Origin: an uncultured Planctomycetaceae bacterium
GTDB taxonomy: Bacteria > Planctomycetota > Planctomycetia > Planctomycetales > Planctomycetaceae
Length of the DNA: 64,000 nucleotides
NCBI GenBank assembly: GCA_963815195.1
Contig: CAWFGE010000010.1
Location: 224,001-288,000, forward strand
Direction of reading: 5' to 3'
Shown here: one piece after another, positions 62,506 through 64,000 of the stretch
Position numbering within the stretch: position 1 is the first letter of the stretch
How the letters are laid out: each line of letters opens with the position of its first letter
Made by a program: the position numbers and the translations under genes
The notes under the pieces: generated by a model
Told to the model about the DNA's origin: nothing
What the model saw: the letters and a program-made list of their open reading frames with translations, nothing else
The model's database searches: none

Positions 62506-64000
62506 ATGGCCACTGCCCTCGAACCCAACATTCGGCCGGAAATTGAAGCCGTCCTGGCGCGGCTGCGGGCGAAGATCCGCACGTATGTCTTTCTGGAAGG
62601 CACGGCGTGGGTGATCGCGGCTTTGGGGGCCGTGTTCTGGATCACGCTCGCCCTCAACTGGGCCTATTTCAAAGTCAGTAACCTGGAACTGCCGGTGTGG
62701 TTCCGGATGGTGATCGACATCGCCGCGATTTCCTTCCTCGCCGGCTGCCTGATGATCTGGCTCGTGCAGCGGCTGCTCAAAAACATGCGGACGAAAGCTT
62801 TGGCGCTGGTCTTGGAGCGGCGGTTCCCGGAACTCGACGACCGGCTGATCACGGCCGTGGAAGTCGCCGAGTCCACCACCGGCAAAGAAAGCGCCTTCAC
62901 CACGACGCTGCTCCACCGCACGATCGCCGACGTCAGCGAAGCCGCCCACCGGCTGGAAGTCAGCGACGTGTTCGCCAAGCGTCCGCTGCGAAGCGCGATG
63001 CTCGCGGCGGTCGTGTTCACGGCCTCGATCGCGGGCTTCGGGTTTCTCAATCAGCGGGCCTTCGGCTACTGGTACCAGGCCTTCTTCGGCCTCCGCGAGG
63101 AATATTGGGACCGCGAAACGCTCCTCGTGCCCCGCGTGATCGCCAGCTCGGACGAGCGGGTCAAAGAGTTTCGCGAAGTCGACGGCGAGATCGTCTACAA
63201 GCACCCCCGCGGCGAGGACTTCACCCTGTCCGTCATCGTGCCCAAGCCGGACGAAAAAGCCGGCAAAGATTGGGTCGTCCCGGCGGATGTCGAATGGGAT
63301 TACACCCTCTCCAACGGCCGCGGCGGGGCTACGCTCAACATGAGCAAAACCGGCGACCGGGAATTTCGGCAAACGGTGTCGAACCTGTTGGACAGCATGA
63401 CCTTCAGCATCCGCGGCCACGACTTCGTCAACCGCAGGCCGATCCGCGTGCAGATCGTCGATCCGCCCGTCATCGACCAGATGAAGCTCGAACGCAACTA
63501 CCCCGACTACACCGGCCTCAACCAGGAGTTCGCCCCGCGGGACGAAGACGAGCGGAAGCAGCGCGAGCGAGAGAAGCTCGTCTTGGGCTCCCACGTTTCG
63601 CTGCCGATGGAAACCGAGATCATAATGGAAGCCACGTCGAACAAGCCGCTCGTGGGCGTGCGGGTCGAGGGGCAGAACTTCCGCTTGACGGTCAAAGCCG
63701 CCCGCAAAAACGGCAAGGGCCTGGCCCAGCCCGGCTCCGCGAAGCTCGAACTTCTGGCGCAGGACGGCGTGCCCATGCTCGAACTCCCGCTGGCCCAGGG
63801 TTTCGCCGACCGTTGCCTGAAGGCCGGCGAAAAAACGTTTCATCTGCCGTTGGTCCTGGCGACGGATGCGGCCCTCAAGATGATGCCCCCGGGCTTGCCG
63901 CTCGCGGCCGACTTGGAGCGGGGCTTTTTAGTCAATCCGGTTTTGCAAGTCGCGGAGATCGCGGCCTGGCATACGACGCCCATCGAGCAAATCCCGCTGC
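62506..64000 (+). CDS. Large membrane-anchored protein of the MoxR operon (partial, runs off the window)
   Basis: Open frame from ATG 62506 (MATALEPNIRPEIEAVLARLRAKIR...), TMs, LERRFPELDDRLITAVE, PDYTG; no stop before 64000. Confidence 0.8.
   Translation, partial: MATALEPNIRPEIEAVLARLRAKIRTYVFLEGTAWVIAALGAVFWITLALNWAYFKVSNLELPVWFRMVIDIAAISFLAGCLMIWLVQRLLKNMRTKALALVLERRFPELDDRLITAVEVAESTTGKESAFTTTLLHRTIADVSEAAHRLEVSDVFAKRPLRSAMLAAVVFTASIAGFGFLNQRAFGYWYQAFFGLREEYWDRETLLVPRVIASSDERVKEFREVDGEIVYKHPRGEDFTLSVIVPKPDEKAGKDWVVPADVEWDYTLSNGRGGATLNMSKTGDREFRQTVSNLLDSMTFSIRGHDFVNRRPIRVQIVDPPVIDQMKLERNYPDYTGLNQEFAPRDEDERKQREREKLVLGSHVSLPMETEIIMEATSNKPLVGVRVEGQNFRLTVKAARKNGKGLAQPGSAKLELLAQDGVPMLELPLAQGFADRCLKAGEKTFHLPLVLATDAALKMMPPGLPLAADLERGFLVNPVLQVAEIAAWHTTPIEQIPL

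Overview
This is GC-rich bacterial chromosomal DNA, most consistent with Planctomycetota (TIGR02996-LRR protein, several sulfatases, MoxR-DUF58-BatA/vWA operon, stand-alone spdEFG1-type EF-G). The window opens with tRNA-Ala(GGC). A convergent tyrosine integrase ends inside the tRNA and is followed by a PemK/MazF-type toxin-antitoxin pair, suggesting a small island or remnant. The rest is mainly metabolic and housekeeping genes: uxaA-like, larA-like, def, fmt, lspA, dksA-like, fusA, ispH, speD-like, an M16 peptidase pair and sulfatases. Three things stand out. (1) A co-oriented five-gene block encodes an Fe-ADH, a PQQ-type beta-propeller, a HemN-like radical SAM enzyme, a UbiC-like protein and a flavin-dependent halogenase-like protein, and looks like an uncharacterised biosynthetic pathway. 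(2) A P1B-type ATPase is fused in frame to an SPFH/HflK domain. (3) Intergenic palindromic elements are dense and modular: one 13-bp terminal motif brackets unrelated cargo hairpins, and heptamer-armed cassettes are either empty or carry a four-helix-bundle gene fragment. About 14 genes, including essential ones, carry single frameshifts. These are most likely long-read errors, and 9 of them fall at GCGC. All family calls come from motif recognition by eye; no database searches were run.
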